Source: Pseudomonadota bacterium (GTDB taxonomy: Bacteria > Pseudomonadota > Alphaproteobacteria > Rickettsiales > UBA3002). From it: a DNA stretch of 64,000 nt. This document shows, in pieces, positions 48,219 through 57,609 of this stretch. Below the pieces are notes generated by a model that did not search any database, was not told where the DNA came from, and saw nothing but the letters and a program-made list of their open reading frames with translations. The stretch lies in NCBI GenBank assembly GCA_040384265.1, contig JAZKJM010000005.1, forward strand, positions 51,166 to 115,165. The letters run 5' to 3'. Every line of letters starts with the position of its first letter. Within the stretch, counting starts at the first letter, position 1. Position numbers and translations under genes: made by a program.

Positions 48219-48330
48219 AATCGCAAATTGTGCTGGCTAACGCCTTGCACATCTGCTGCACAAAAATGCTGCTGTTTTTGCACCACGCGCCGCTTGCAAA
48301 TCGCCTATAAACGCCGTATTCCTGCGGCAT

Positions 48331-50250
48331 ATGAACGCAAACACTCCCACCCCCCTGCTTGACCGCGTGGCCGAACCCGCCGCCTGCCGCGACTTCACCG
48401 TCGAGGAGCTGAAACAGCTGGCCGACGACCTGCGCCGCGAGACGATTGACGCCGTCGCGCAAACCGGCGGCCATCTCGGCGCGGGCCTTGGCGTGGTAGA
48501 GCTAACCGTGGCGCTGCACCATGTGTTCAACACCCCGACGGACAAAATCATCTGGGATGTGGGCCATCAGGCCTATCCGCATAAAATCCTCACCGGCCGG
48601 CGCGAGCGCATCCGCACCATCCGCCAGGGCGGCGGGCTGTCGGGCTTCTGCAAGCGCGAGGAATCGGAATATGACGCGTTTGGCGCGGGCCATTCCTCCA
48701 CCTCCATTTCCGCCGGGCTTGGCATGGCGGTCGCGCGCGATTTGAAGGGCGAGGATTTTGAAGTCGTCGCCGTCATCGGCGATGGGTCGATGAGCGCGGG
48801 CATGGCCTTCGAAGCGATGAACAACGCGGGCGCGCTCGGCACGCGGCTGATCGTCATCCTCAACGATAACGATATGTCGATCGCGCCGCCGACCGGGGCG
48901 ATGAGCGCCTATCTCTCGCGGCTGATTTCCTCGCATTCCTACCGCTCGTTCCGCCACCATGCCAAAACGGTTGCCAGCAAATTCCCGGCACCGCTGATGC
49001 GCGCCGCCCGCAGTGCCGAGAAATATGTCCGCAGCGTCGCCATGGGCGGCACGCTGTTCGAGGAACTGGGCTTTTATTATGTCGGCCCGGTCGATGGGCA
49101 TAACCTCGACCAGCTGCTGCCGGTGCTGAAAAACGTCCGCAACGAGCGCGATTCGGGGCCGGTGCTGATCCATGTCGTCACCCAGAAGGGCTATGGCTAC
49201 GGGCCTGCCGAAGCCAGCGACGACAAATACCACGGCGTCGCCAAGTTCGATGTCGCCAGCGGCGCACAGGTGAAAGCCAAAGCCGCCAACCCAAGCTACA
49301 CTGGCGTGTTTGCCAACGCCCTGGTGGCGGAAGCCACGCGCGATAGCCGCATCGTCGCCATCAACGCCGCCATGCCCGGCGGTACCGGGCTCGACCGCTT
49401 CGCCGAAGCCTTCCCCGAGCGTTCGTTCGATGTGGGCATTGCCGAGCAGCACGCCGTCACCTTCGCCGCAGGCCTCGCCACCCAAGGCTACAAGCCCTTC
49501 TGCGCGATTTACTCAACTTTCCTGCAACGCGCCTATGACCAGGTGGTGCATGATGTTGCCATCCAGAACCTGCCAGTGCGCTTCGCCATCGACCGCGCCG
49601 GGCTGGTCGGGGCGGATGGGCCCACCCATGCCGGCAGCTTCGATATTGCCTATCTGTGCACCCTGCCCAATTTCACCGTCATGGCGGCGGGCGATGAGGC
49701 GGAGCTGGTGCATATGGTCGCCACCGCTGCAGCACATGATTCCGGGCCGATTTCCTTCCGCTATCCGCGTGGCGAGGGCCTCGGCGTGGCACTGCCGGAG
49801 CGCGGCGTGCCGCTTGAAATCGGCAAAGGCCGCGTGCTGCGCGAGGGGGCGGATGTCGCCCTGCTCAGCTTCGGCGCGCGGCTTGGTGAGTGCCTGAAAG
49901 CGGCCGATATGCTCGCCGAAAAAGGCATCCGCGCGACGGTGGCGGATGCGCGCTTCGCCAAACCGCTGGATGAAGCGCTGGTGACGCGGCTGATCCAAAA
50001 CCACCCGCTACTGCTGACCATCGAAGAAGGCGCCAGCGGCGGCTTCGGCGCGCAGGTGCTGGGCTTCGCCGCCAATGCCGGACTGCTCGACAGCGCCCGC
50101 TGCAAGCTACGCGCCCTCACCCTGCCGGATGAATATCAGGCCCACGACACGCAGGAGCGCATGTATGCTGAGGCCGGGCTCGATGCCGCGCATATCGTCG
50201 CGCAGGTGCTGGCCCTCAGCGGAAAAACCGAAAGCAGCGCGGCGGCGTAA
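48331..50250 (+). CDS. dxs: 1-deoxy-D-xylulose-5-phosphate synthase
   Basis: 639 aa with [34 protein letters not shown] and [15 protein letters not shown]. Confidence 0.95.
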   Translation: MNANTPTPLLDRVAEPAACRDFTVEELKQLADDLRRETIDAVAQTGGHLGAGLGVVELTVALHHVFNTPTDKIIWDVGHQAYPHKILTGRRERIRTIRQGGGLSGFCKREESEYDAFGAGHSSTSISAGLGMAVARDLKGEDFEVVAVIGDGSMSAGMAFEAMNNAGALGTRLIVILNDNDMSIAPPTGAMSAYLSRLISSHSYRSFRHHAKTVASKFPAPLMRAARSAEKYVRSVAMGGTLFEELGFYYVGPVDGHNLDQLLPVLKNVRNERDSGPVLIHVVTQKGYGYGPAEASDDKYHGVAKFDVASGAQVKAKAANPSYTGVFANALVAEATRDSRIVAINAAMPGGTGLDRFAEAFPERSFDVGIAEQHAVTFAAGLATQGYKPFCAIYSTFLQRAYDQVVHDVAIQNLPVRFAIDRAGLVGADGPTHAGSFDIAYLCTLPNFTVMAAGDEAELVHMVATAAAHDSGPISFRYPRGEGLGVALPERGVPLEIGKGRVLREGADVALLSFGARLGECLKAADMLAEKGIRATVADARFAKPLDEALVTRLIQNHPLLLTIEEGASGGFGAQVLGFAANAGLLDSARCKLRALTLPDEYQAHDTQERMYAEAGLDAAHIVAQVLALSGKTESSAAA

Positions 50251-50270
50251 TTCTTTAAACACCCCGTTTT

Positions 50271-50339
50271 GTCACCCCGGGCCTGTCCCGGGGTCTGGCC
50301 GTTCGGCTTGGCTGGATGCCGGGACAGGCCCGGCATGAC
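50271..50339. repeat. nested-palindrome element (copy c, CCCGGG subtype)
   Basis: gtcaccccgggcctgtcccggggtctggccgttcggcttggctggatgccgggacaggcccggcatgac. Confidence 0.9.
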
Positions 50340-50383
50340 ACTATTGGGGATTTGTAAAAAACGAGACGCCTAGCACACAAAAC

Positions 50384-51289
50384 CTAAATCGCTTCCATGC
50401 ACCACAGCAGGATCGCCTTTTGCACATGCAGGCGGTTTTCGGCTTCATCCCAAATGGCGGATTGCGGGCCATCGAGCACCGCATCGCTCACTTCTTCGCC
50501 GCGATGGGCGGGCAGGCAATGCAGGAAAATCGCGTGTTTGGCGGCACGCGCCATCAGCGCCTCGTTCACCTGAAACCCAACGAAGGCCTGTTTGCGCGTC
50601 AACGTGTCGTCGTCGCCCATGCTGACCCAGGTGTCAGTCGTCACCACATCGGCGCCATCCACCGCTTCTTCCGGCGTGCTGACAAGGCGCACGCGCGCGC
50701 CTTCCGCTTGAGCAGCAGCCAGAATTTCCGCATTTGGCGGCAGGCTCGCCGGGCAGGCCAGGCGCAGCTCAAAATCCATTTTCTGGGCGACGGTGATCCA
50801 GGTGTTGGCCATATTATTGCCATCCCCCACCCAGGCGATTTTGCGGCCAGCAATGCCGCTCAAACGCTCTTCCACCGTCATCACATCCGCCATCAATTGG
50901 CACGGATGCAGCAGATTGGTGAGGCCGTTGATGACCGGCACGGTCGCATATTCCGCCAATTCCATCAGCGTGTTATGGCCATGCGCGCGCAGCATGATGG
51001 CATGCACATAGCGCGATAGCACGCGCGCCGTATCCGCCACCGTTTCGCCGCGGCCCAGCTGTAAATCTTCCTTCTGCAGCACCAGCGGGTTGCCGCCCAG
51101 CTCGCGCATGCCGACTTCGAACGACACGCGGGTGCGGGTCGAGTTTTTCTCGAAAATCATCGCCAGCGATTTGCCGTTAAGCTCCTGCTCCTCGCCATGC
51201 CCTCGCACCAGTTTTCGGCGCTGCGCCTCGGCGAGGATGGTGATGATGTCATCGAGCGTAAGATCGCGGAAATCAAGAAAATGGCGCAT
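50384..51289 (-). CDS. argF: ornithine carbamoyltransferase
   Basis: MRHFLDFRDL, STRTRVSFE and HCLPAHRGEE motifs. Start at ATG 51289. Confidence 0.9.
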   Translation of the reverse strand: MRHFLDFRDLTLDDIITILAEAQRRKLVRGHGEEQELNGKSLAMIFEKNSTRTRVSFEVGMRELGGNPLVLQKEDLQLGRGETVADTARVLSRYVHAIMLRAHGHNTLMELAEYATVPVINGLTNLLHPCQLMADVMTVEERLSGIAGRKIAWVGDGNNMANTWITVAQKMDFELRLACPASLPPNAEILAAAQAEGARVRLVSTPEEAVDGADVVTTDTWVSMGDDDTLTRKQAFVGFQVNEALMARAAKHAIFLHCLPAHRGEEVSDAVLDGPQSAIWDEAENRLHVQKAILLWCMEAI

Positions 51290-51310
51290 AGCAGTTACCT
51301 TCACGTTGCT

Positions 51311-51405
51311 CCTCCCCCTGTAGGGGGGAGGTTGGGAGGGGGCCGTTATTTGGTGAGGTGGTTGCCCCGAATGCCCCTCCCTAACCCTCCCCCTACAGGG
51401 GAGGG
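51311..51405. repeat. C/G-tract inverted repeat between argD and argF
   Basis: cctccccctgtaggggggaggttgggaggggg ... cccctccctaaccctccccctacaggggagg. Each arm has its own CTCCCCC-N4-GGGGGAG hairpin. Confidence 0.85.
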
Positions 51406-51413
51406 AACTGTTT

Positions 51414-52580
51414 TTACTCCTTCAGCACCGCCTCAATCAAGCCCAATGCTTCATCGACATGTTCCTGCCCGATAATCAGCGGCGGCACGAGGCGGATGAC
51501 GTTGGTCACGGTGGGCGAGCTGGTGAGGCCGCGCGCCAGCATGGCGGCGGCTAAGGCTCGCGCATCGCCGGTCGGCTCCAGCCCGATCATCAGCCCAAGG
51601 CCACGCACATCGCGGATTTTGTCGGGATAGGCGGCTTGCAGGCTGCGCAACCCGTCCATGAGCGCCGCGCCCATGCGGGTGACATGGGCAAACAGCCCGT
51701 CTTCCAGCATCAAATCGAGCACTGCATTACCCACCGCCATCGCCAGCGGGTTATTGTTATACGTGCCGCCGTGACAGCCGGGCGGCAGCACGCTGCCCAC
51801 CTTCTCGCTCACCAGCGTTGCGCCGAGCGGAAACCCGCCGCCGAGGCCTTTGGCGGAAGTAGCAATATCGGGCACGATGCCCGCGCGCTCGAAGGCGAAC
51901 AGGCTGCCGGGGCGGCCATAGCCGCATTGCACCTCGTCACACATCAGCAGCAGGCCGTCCGCATCGCACAGCGCCCGCAGCGCGCGCAAAAATTCCGGGT
52001 CCGCCACGCGCACCCCGCCCTCGCCCTGTACCGGCTCAATCAGAATGCCTGCGGTGTTGCGGGTAATTTTTTCCTTCACCGCCGCCAGATCGTTCAGCGG
52101 CACGCGGTCAAAGCCCGTCAGCATCTGCCCGAAGCCGGTGCGCGCATGCTCGTTGCCGCCTGCCGAAATGCCGCCATAGGTGCGGCCATGAAAGCCGCCC
52201 TCGAAGGTGATGATCCGGTGGCGATACGGGCTGCCGTTCTCATGCTGGTAACGGCGCATGAACTTGATGCCCGCCTCCACCGCTTCCGTGCCGGAAGAGC
52301 AGAAAAATACCGAATCCGCAAAGGTCGCATCCACCAGCCGCTGGGCGAAGGTTTCAAGCTGCGGCGTGACGAACTGGTTGGAGCAATGCCACAAGGCCGC
52401 CCCCTGGCGCGTTAATGCTTCCACCAAATGCGGGTGGCTGTGGCCAAAGGCGTTAACCGCGATGCCGGCCGCGAAATCGAGGTAGCGCTTGCCATCGTCG
52501 CCGATGAGATACACCCCCTCGCCGCGCACCATGCGCAGGCCGGAACGGCGATAAACCGGGAGGGATGGGGTGATGGCCAT
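51414..52580 (-). CDS. argD: acetylornithine aminotransferase (class III aminotransferase)
   Basis: 388 aa with LMCDEVQCGYGRPG and SAKGLGGGFPLGA motifs. Upstream of argF. Confidence 0.85.
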   Translation of the reverse strand: MAITPSLPVYRRSGLRMVRGEGVYLIGDDGKRYLDFAAGIAVNAFGHSHPHLVEALTRQGAALWHCSNQFVTPQLETFAQRLVDATFADSVFFCSSGTEAVEAGIKFMRRYQHENGSPYRHRIITFEGGFHGRTYGGISAGGNEHARTGFGQMLTGFDRVPLNDLAAVKEKITRNTAGILIEPVQGEGGVRVADPEFLRALRALCDADGLLLMCDEVQCGYGRPGSLFAFERAGIVPDIATSAKGLGGGFPLGATLVSEKVGSVLPPGCHGGTYNNNPLAMAVGNAVLDLMLEDGLFAHVTRMGAALMDGLRSLQAAYPDKIRDVRGLGLMIGLEPTGDARALAAAMLARGLTSSPTVTNVIRLVPPLIIGQEHVDEALGLIEAVLKE

Positions 52581-52583
52581 CGC

Positions 52584-53345
52584 TTAAGACTTCAAGCGCC
52601 AGCCGCGCGCGAACATGAGATGCGCGACCATGAATAAGCCGAGATTGACCGTGCTCAACACCGCCACGCCAATCATCGGATCCGCATCCGAATAGCCGGT
52701 CAGGGCGAAGCGGAAGCCGTCGATCATATAGAAAAACGGGTTGGCATGGCTGATCGCGAGGAAAAACGGCGGCAAGTCATGCACCGAATAGAACGTGCCG
52801 GAAAGGAACGACAGCGGCGTGACAAAGAAATTAGTGATCGCCGACACCTGATCGGGCGTGTTGCCGAAAATGCCGGTGACAATGCCAAACAGCGACAGCA
52901 TCATCGTCGCCGCGACGGAGAAGAACAGCAGCAGCGGCAGCGAATGTACGCCCAGTGGCACAAACAACGCCATCGCCAGCGCCACCGTGCAGCCCACCAT
53001 CAACCCGCGGGTGATGCCGCCGAGCATGAAGCCCATCGCCAGCTCTGCCGCCGAAAGCGGTGGAGTCAGCCAATCGATAATTACCCCCTGCAGCTTGGCG
53101 ATCATGAAGGAGGACGACGTGTTGGCGAAAGAATTCTGCACCATCGCCATCATAATCAGGCCCGGGGCGATGAAGTCGATATAATGCATCCCGTGGATCA
53201 TCCGCGCGTTGCCGCCGAGCGCGAGCGCGAAAATGGCGAGGAAAATCGTCGTCGTAATCATCGGCGCAACGAGGGTCTGGTTCCACACTTTCAGGAAACG
53301 CCACGTCTCGCGCTTATACAGCGTCCCCATCCCGATCCAGTTCAT
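52584..53345 (-). CDS. ABC-2 type transporter permease (no cognate ATPase in the window)
   Basis: MNWIGMGTLYKRETWRFLKVWNQTLVAPMITT, six predicted TM segments, ABC-2 pattern. Start at ATG 53345. Confidence 0.7.
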   Translation of the reverse strand: MNWIGMGTLYKRETWRFLKVWNQTLVAPMITTTIFLAIFALALGGNARMIHGMHYIDFIAPGLIMMAMVQNSFANTSSSFMIAKLQGVIIDWLTPPLSAAELAMGFMLGGITRGLMVGCTVALAMALFVPLGVHSLPLLLFFSVAATMMLSLFGIVTGIFGNTPDQVSAITNFFVTPLSFLSGTFYSVHDLPPFFLAISHANPFFYMIDGFRFALTGYSDADPMIGVAVLSTVNLGLFMVAHLMFARGWRLKS

Positions 53346-53461
53346 AGTCGTCCCCTCACAATGAAGCCTGTATGTAGACCAAATCACGCGGCAATCAATA
53401 GATATGCTCGGGGTGCGGCAGAATTTGCAATCGATTGCCCTTCAGTGTCTCCCTGCCCATC

Positions 53462-53490
53462 TTGACAGCGGCAACTAAGCTATTCATAAT
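53462..53490 (+). promoter_or_regulatory. candidate sigma-70 type promoter, TTGACA-N17-CATAAT
   Basis: TTGACA at 53462-53467 and CATAAT at 53485-53490, only 6 nt before ATG 53497, with no Shine-Dalgarno sequence between them. Confidence 0.35.
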
Positions 53491-53496
53491 CAAACC

Positions 53497-54312
53497 ATGA
53501 AACGCGCTTTTTCTCTTGTCGAGCTATCGATTGTCCTTGTGATCCTCGGCTTGCTGGTGGGCGGGGTGCTGGCCGGTAAATCCCTGATTCATGCCAGCGA
53601 ATTACGCAGTGTTTCACGCGATTTCCAAAAATACCAGACCGCCACCTATACATTTCGCGACAAATATTTTTATTTCCCCGGCGATATACCCAACGCCACC
53701 CAGTTCTGGGGCGCCGCCGATGGCGATGATGGCACGGATAGCAGCGGCGCCGCCTGCACCACCGTGGTCAGCACTACCGCGGCCACCTGCAACGGCAATG
53801 GTGATGGGACACTTGTCCAGCTTAACGAACCCTTTCGTTTGTGGCAGCATTTGGCCAATGCCGGGCTCATCGAGGGCCAGTATTCCGGTGCGCAGGATAC
53901 AGTAACGGGCGTCTCGCCCGCCTATTTCAATGTTGGGCTCAATGGGCCGCGCAGCTCCATATCGCGCGCGGGGTTTGTTTTGTGGAGCTATGGTGGACCA
54001 ACCGGCCTACAATTCAGAACTGCGGCAGCGCTTGGCGAGATTTTTTCAGGCAACTTCTTTATCTTTATGCGCCCGCTACCTGCCGCTGCCGGCGGCGGCC
54101 CAGCCACCCAAATCCTGCTTGGCGCGCTTTCGCATGAGGATGCGTGGAATATCGACACAAAAATGGATGATGGCGTCGCCGAATCCGGCAAAGTCCGCGG
54201 CTCCATATTTAAAGCGACCGGAGCGGGCAACATCACCAACATGACCTGCGCGACCTACGACCTTGCCAATACTACCAACACTTGCGCGCTGGGCTTTATT
54301 TTCGGCCAATAA
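53497..54312 (+). CDS. prepilin-type N-terminal cleavage/methylation domain protein (pilin/pseudopilin-like)
   Basis: MKRAFSLVELSIVLVILGLLVGGVLAG matches the class III signal and hydrophobic helix (Glu at +5). 271 aa. No pilus or T2SS genes nearby. Confidence 0.7.
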   Translation: MKRAFSLVELSIVLVILGLLVGGVLAGKSLIHASELRSVSRDFQKYQTATYTFRDKYFYFPGDIPNATQFWGAADGDDGTDSSGAACTTVVSTTAATCNGNGDGTLVQLNEPFRLWQHLANAGLIEGQYSGAQDTVTGVSPAYFNVGLNGPRSSISRAGFVLWSYGGPTGLQFRTAAALGEIFSGNFFIFMRPLPAAAGGGPATQILLGALSHEDAWNIDTKMDDGVAESGKVRGSIFKATGAGNITNMTCATYDLANTTNTCALGFIFGQ

Positions 54313-54324
54313 CGCCAAGGCTGT

Positions 54325-54999
54325 TTAGGCGGCCAGCATCGCCAGCGGGGTCATGCTATACACGATATCGTTATTGCGCGCATAAAGCCCGGCGACGGAG
54401 GCCTGTGCGCGGGCGGCCATGCTCAGTGACGCCGAGCCGGTGCTGACGAGGATATGGTCGCTATGGTCACTTTCCGGGGCGATGATTTCGACACTGACGG
54501 TCTCGCCCATCTCGTCCACCGCTTCGCCCTGCACACTTGCTGCCGCCACAGTTTGCGCGGTCGTCGGCTCACCGGCACCAATGGTGGAAAGGGTCGCCTC
54601 CGGTACATCCGCAAACAGCGCCAGCTCGTCCGTCGGTGAAAGCTGCGGGCGCGGGCGGTTGATGTCGGTGAAAGTCTGGCGGTGGCGCTCGGGCTGCTCA
54701 CGCAGGGTATTGCGGCCTTTGCCGCGGCCATCCGGGCGCACTTCGCTGTCATGCACATCGCTGGTGATCTGGGTTTGCAGCGGCAGCAGCGAGCCATCCG
54801 CCGCGACCTTATATTGGTAGCGCGCGGTGATGGTGGTGCCGACCTGGAACGGGCTTGCCTGTGCCGCCGCTTTCAGCTGATTGGCCACCGCATCTTCCGC
54901 CCCGCGCTCGGCATAGGCCAGCCGCGCGGATTCTGCCGTCGCAAAATTCAGGTTCAACGCTGGGTTGGTAATCGACATAGGCTCGTGGCTACCTTCCAA
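54325..54999 (-). CDS. hypothetical protein
   Basis: 224-aa ORF (alternative start at MSITNP, 54978). No domain recognised. Confidence 0.45.
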   Translation of the reverse strand: MEGSHEPMSITNPALNLNFATAESARLAYAERGAEDAVANQLKAAAQASPFQVGTTITARYQYKVAADGSLLPLQTQITSDVHDSEVRPDGRGKGRNTLREQPERHRQTFTDINRPRPQLSPTDELALFADVPEATLSTIGAGEPTTAQTVAAASVQGEAVDEMGETVSVEIIAPESDHSDHILVSTGSASLSMAARAQASVAGLYARNNDIVYSMTPLAMLAA

Positions 55000-55158
55000 G
55001 GAAGGATGAGGGTTAAGGGCTCTAGCTCACACACCTGATGCTACTTATCGTCCGTGCATCTTTTGTTGTCGTACTCAGTAATGTAGGGAAAACACCGCTA
55101 AAAATCAAGTAAAGCTTTCATAAATACCGCGCGAATGCCGCGCTACCCTCACTCACAT

Positions 55159-55186
55159 AAAAAAGGGGAGCCAAAGCTCCCCTTTT
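55159..55186 (-). terminator. rho-independent terminator downstream of the BI-1 family gene
   Basis: GGGGAGC-caaa-GCTCCCC hairpin flanked by an A-run and a T-run. On the minus strand it is followed by TTTTTT. Confidence 0.7.
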
Positions 55187-55207
55187 CCGTATGGTTATCC
55201 GTCCCGT

Positions 55208-55954
55208 TTACCGGCGGTCGCCCAGCAGGCGCAGCAGGTTGATGAACAGGTAGATGAAATCCATATACAGTTTGAGCGCGCCCATGATGCTGGCGCGTTT
55301 CACCGCATCAGCCGAGCTGCCAACCTGATAATAGATTTCCTTGATTTTCTGCGTGTCATAGGCCGTGAAACCCAGTGCCAGCAGCACACCCACGCACGAG
55401 AGCACGAGGTCGAACATCGAGGATTTCAGCAGGAACACGTTAACCAGCGAGCTGATCAGCACCGCCCACATACCCACCATCAGGAAGGTGCCCATGCTGG
55501 TCAGGTCGCGCTTGGTGGCATACCCGAACATGCTGAGCAGGCCGAACGTTCCCGCCGTCACGAACAGGACGCGCAGGATGCTGGTTTGGGTGTAAATCAG
55601 GAAGATGGTGAACAGGCTAAGCCCCATCAACGCCGCATAGGCCCAGAAGGTCGTCTGCAGGGTGGAGGTGCTCATCGTGTTGATGCGGAACATCAGGAAA
55701 AACGCCATCCCAAGCGGCGCGAACATGACGAGGTAGCCCAGCGGCGCAATGCCGGTGACAACGCCACCCTCTTGTGCGAGCATGACGCCCAGAAATGCAT
55801 CCGAAGTGCCTGCGAAATAAGCGATAACAGCCGTCAGCAGCACGCCGCTGGCCATATAGTTATAGACCTTGAGCATATAGCTGCGTAGGCCTTGGTCTAC
55901 CGCGCTGGACTGGCTAACAGTAGCCGTCGTGGTCGGGCGATCCCATGCGTTCAT
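55208..55954 (-). CDS. Bax inhibitor-1/YccA family membrane protein
   Basis: GLRSYMLKVYNYMASGVLLT and the C-terminal ALKLYMDFIYLFINLLRLLG pattern. Seven TM segments. Start at ATG 55954. Confidence 0.85.
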   Translation of the reverse strand: MNAWDRPTTTATVSQSSAVDQGLRSYMLKVYNYMASGVLLTAVIAYFAGTSDAFLGVMLAQEGGVVTGIAPLGYLVMFAPLGMAFFLMFRINTMSTSTLQTTFWAYAALMGLSLFTIFLIYTQTSILRVLFVTAGTFGLLSMFGYATKRDLTSMGTFLMVGMWAVLISSLVNVFLLKSSMFDLVLSCVGVLLALGFTAYDTQKIKEIYYQVGSSADAVKRASIMGALKLYMDFIYLFINLLRLLGDRR

Positions 55955-56147
55955 TGGTTTCCTCCAAGAGTGGTTCACGTCGCGATTGTTACATCCCGCG
56001 ATCGCCTGCATTATACAGGCCTTTTGCGGGGATACGCAATCGAAACTGGATTACATATAGGTAATCGAAGCCGGATTTCCAGACAGGTGTGGGCAACTTG
56101 CTCATGCGCCCCCTCCACTACTAGCGGAGGCATCACCTAAAAGCATC

Positions 56148-56274
56148 GTCATTGCGAGCGCTGAGCGAAGCAATCCATCTGTTACGGGCAAAAAAGATAG
56201 AATGCAGAGGGAGTAAAACCCCTTCTTCTTTGCTGTTCCAAAGATGGATTGCTTCGCTCAGCGCTCGCAATGAC
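56148..56274. repeat. nested-palindrome element (copy j, TTGCGAG subtype, long loop)
   Basis: Perfect 33-bp arms gtcattgcgagcgctgagcgaagcaatccatct / agatggattgcttcgctcagcgctcgcaatgac. Confidence 0.9.
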
Positions 56275-56455
56275 GCCGTAGAGAGGGCGGGAGAAATCCA
56301 AGGGCGAGCGGCTTCGCCACCTTTAAACAAGCGCTTGCAATCCCCGCCTATCCCCATTATACAGCGCATCCCTCGCTATTGCGGGGTTGTTGGGAGCCGG
56401 GCGGTATGGCATTGCCTTGGCACCTTTGTAATCATATGAATTTTAGGGGTAAAAT

Positions 56456-56656
56456 ATGCCAAAAATGAAGACAAAGAGCGGCGCCAAAAAGCGCTTTTCT
56501 CTTACCGCGACGGGCAAGGTGAAAGTCGGCCAGTCGGGGAAACGCCACGGGATGCGCAAGCGTTCGCAACGCATGATTCGTTGTGCGCGCGGCACGACGA
56601 TTCTCAATGAATCGGATGCGACCACGATCCGTAAATTCTTTCTCCCCAACGGCTAG
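56456..56656 (+). CDS. rpmI: 50S ribosomal protein L35
   Basis: [14 protein letters not shown]..., 66 aa. Confidence 0.95.
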   Translation: MPKMKTKSGAKKRFSLTATGKVKVGQSGKRHGMRKRSQRMIRCARGTTILNESDATTIRKFFLPNG

Positions 56657-56667
56657 GAGCATCACCC

Positions 56668-57042
56668 ATGGCACATGTTAAACGCAGCGTTACCAAACGC
56701 GCCCGTCACCGCAAAATTCTTGCACAAGCCAAAGGCTATCGCGGCCGCGCCTCGACCTGCTACCGCGTAGCAATCGAGCGCGTCGAAAAAGGGATGCAGT
56801 ATGCATACCGCGATCGTCGTAACAAAAAACGCACCTTCCGTGCTTTGTGGATCCAGCGTATCAACGCTGCCGCCCGCGAAAACGGTATGGTGTATTCGGA
56901 TTTCATGCACGGCCTGATCCAGGCTGGCGTGACGCTGGATCGCAAAGTGCTGGCCGACATCGCAGTGAAAGACGCTGCTATGTTCACCGCCCTCGCCAAG
57001 CAATCGCAAGCAGCAATCGATAAAGTCGCCGCGAAAGCGTAA
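56668..57042 (+). CDS. rplT: 50S ribosomal protein L20
   Basis: [27 protein letters not shown]..., 124 aa. Confidence 0.95.
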   Translation: MAHVKRSVTKRARHRKILAQAKGYRGRASTCYRVAIERVEKGMQYAYRDRRNKKRTFRALWIQRINAAARENGMVYSDFMHGLIQAGVTLDRKVLADIAVKDAAMFTALAKQSQAAIDKVAAKA

Positions 57043-57064
57043 GCTTTTGCGAGAACCAAATAGA

Positions 57065-57100
57065 AAGGGCGCTGGTTATTTCCAGCGCCCTTTTTTATTT
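57065..57100 (+). terminator. rho-independent terminator after rplT
   Basis: AAGGGCGCTGG-ttattt-CCAGCGCCCTT followed by TTTTTATTTT. Confidence 0.8.
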
Positions 57101-57108
57101 TCTTAAAT

Positions 57109-57522
57109 TTATTCTATTCCCCTGCTCTTTCCAATCGTCCTGCCCCCATATACGATATCAGGACCAGTCACACTGATTACAGCTTTTCCACCATGTAAGT
57201 GCCGGTTCCGATCAGGAACGATAGCTAAAGCCGCTGTCTTTTCATCAGGTCGTGGTGGAAAGCCAGAAACAGTAACCTTCTCCGGCCCCATCATCTTATC
57301 GTAAGCCGCCCCCAAAGCTTCACGCAATTGTTCATCAGTTGTAGCAGCAGCGGTTGCTTGCAAAGCAGCATCTGTGATTGCCGGAACAAAAACATCTCTA
57401 AAATTGATTGCCTGTGAAGATATATAAGCTTCGCGTAGATCATTCGTCATAACTTGCCTCCTTATTGGTTTAATAGTCCCAATATTACCTGATTTGTTAG
57501 TCGCCTTCTGTGAAGATTGCAT
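57109..57522 (-). CDS. hypothetical protein (AT-rich islet, antisense to the rplT-pheS direction)
   Basis: 137-aa ORF (alternative start at MTNDL). Visibly lower GC than the flanking genes. No domain recognised. Confidence 0.45.
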   Translation of the reverse strand: MQSSQKATNKSGNIGTIKPIRRQVMTNDLREAYISSQAINFRDVFVPAITDAALQATAAATTDEQLREALGAAYDKMMGPEKVTVSGFPPRPDEKTAALAIVPDRNRHLHGGKAVISVTGPDIVYGGRTIGKSRGIE

Positions 57523-57609
57523 GACAATAGAGAATCTTGCCCAACCCCTTCATTTCCCACTCGCATTTCCCCCCGTTTTCTGTAATCTCCCGCGACTTTG
57601 AGGAGTGTT

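Noticed and set aside
55955-56455. Possible ncRNA or leader upstream of rpmI
   Set aside because: Apart from repeat copy j, I see no conserved structure I can identify by eye. The known L20-responsive leader structures cannot be verified here without a covariance-model search.
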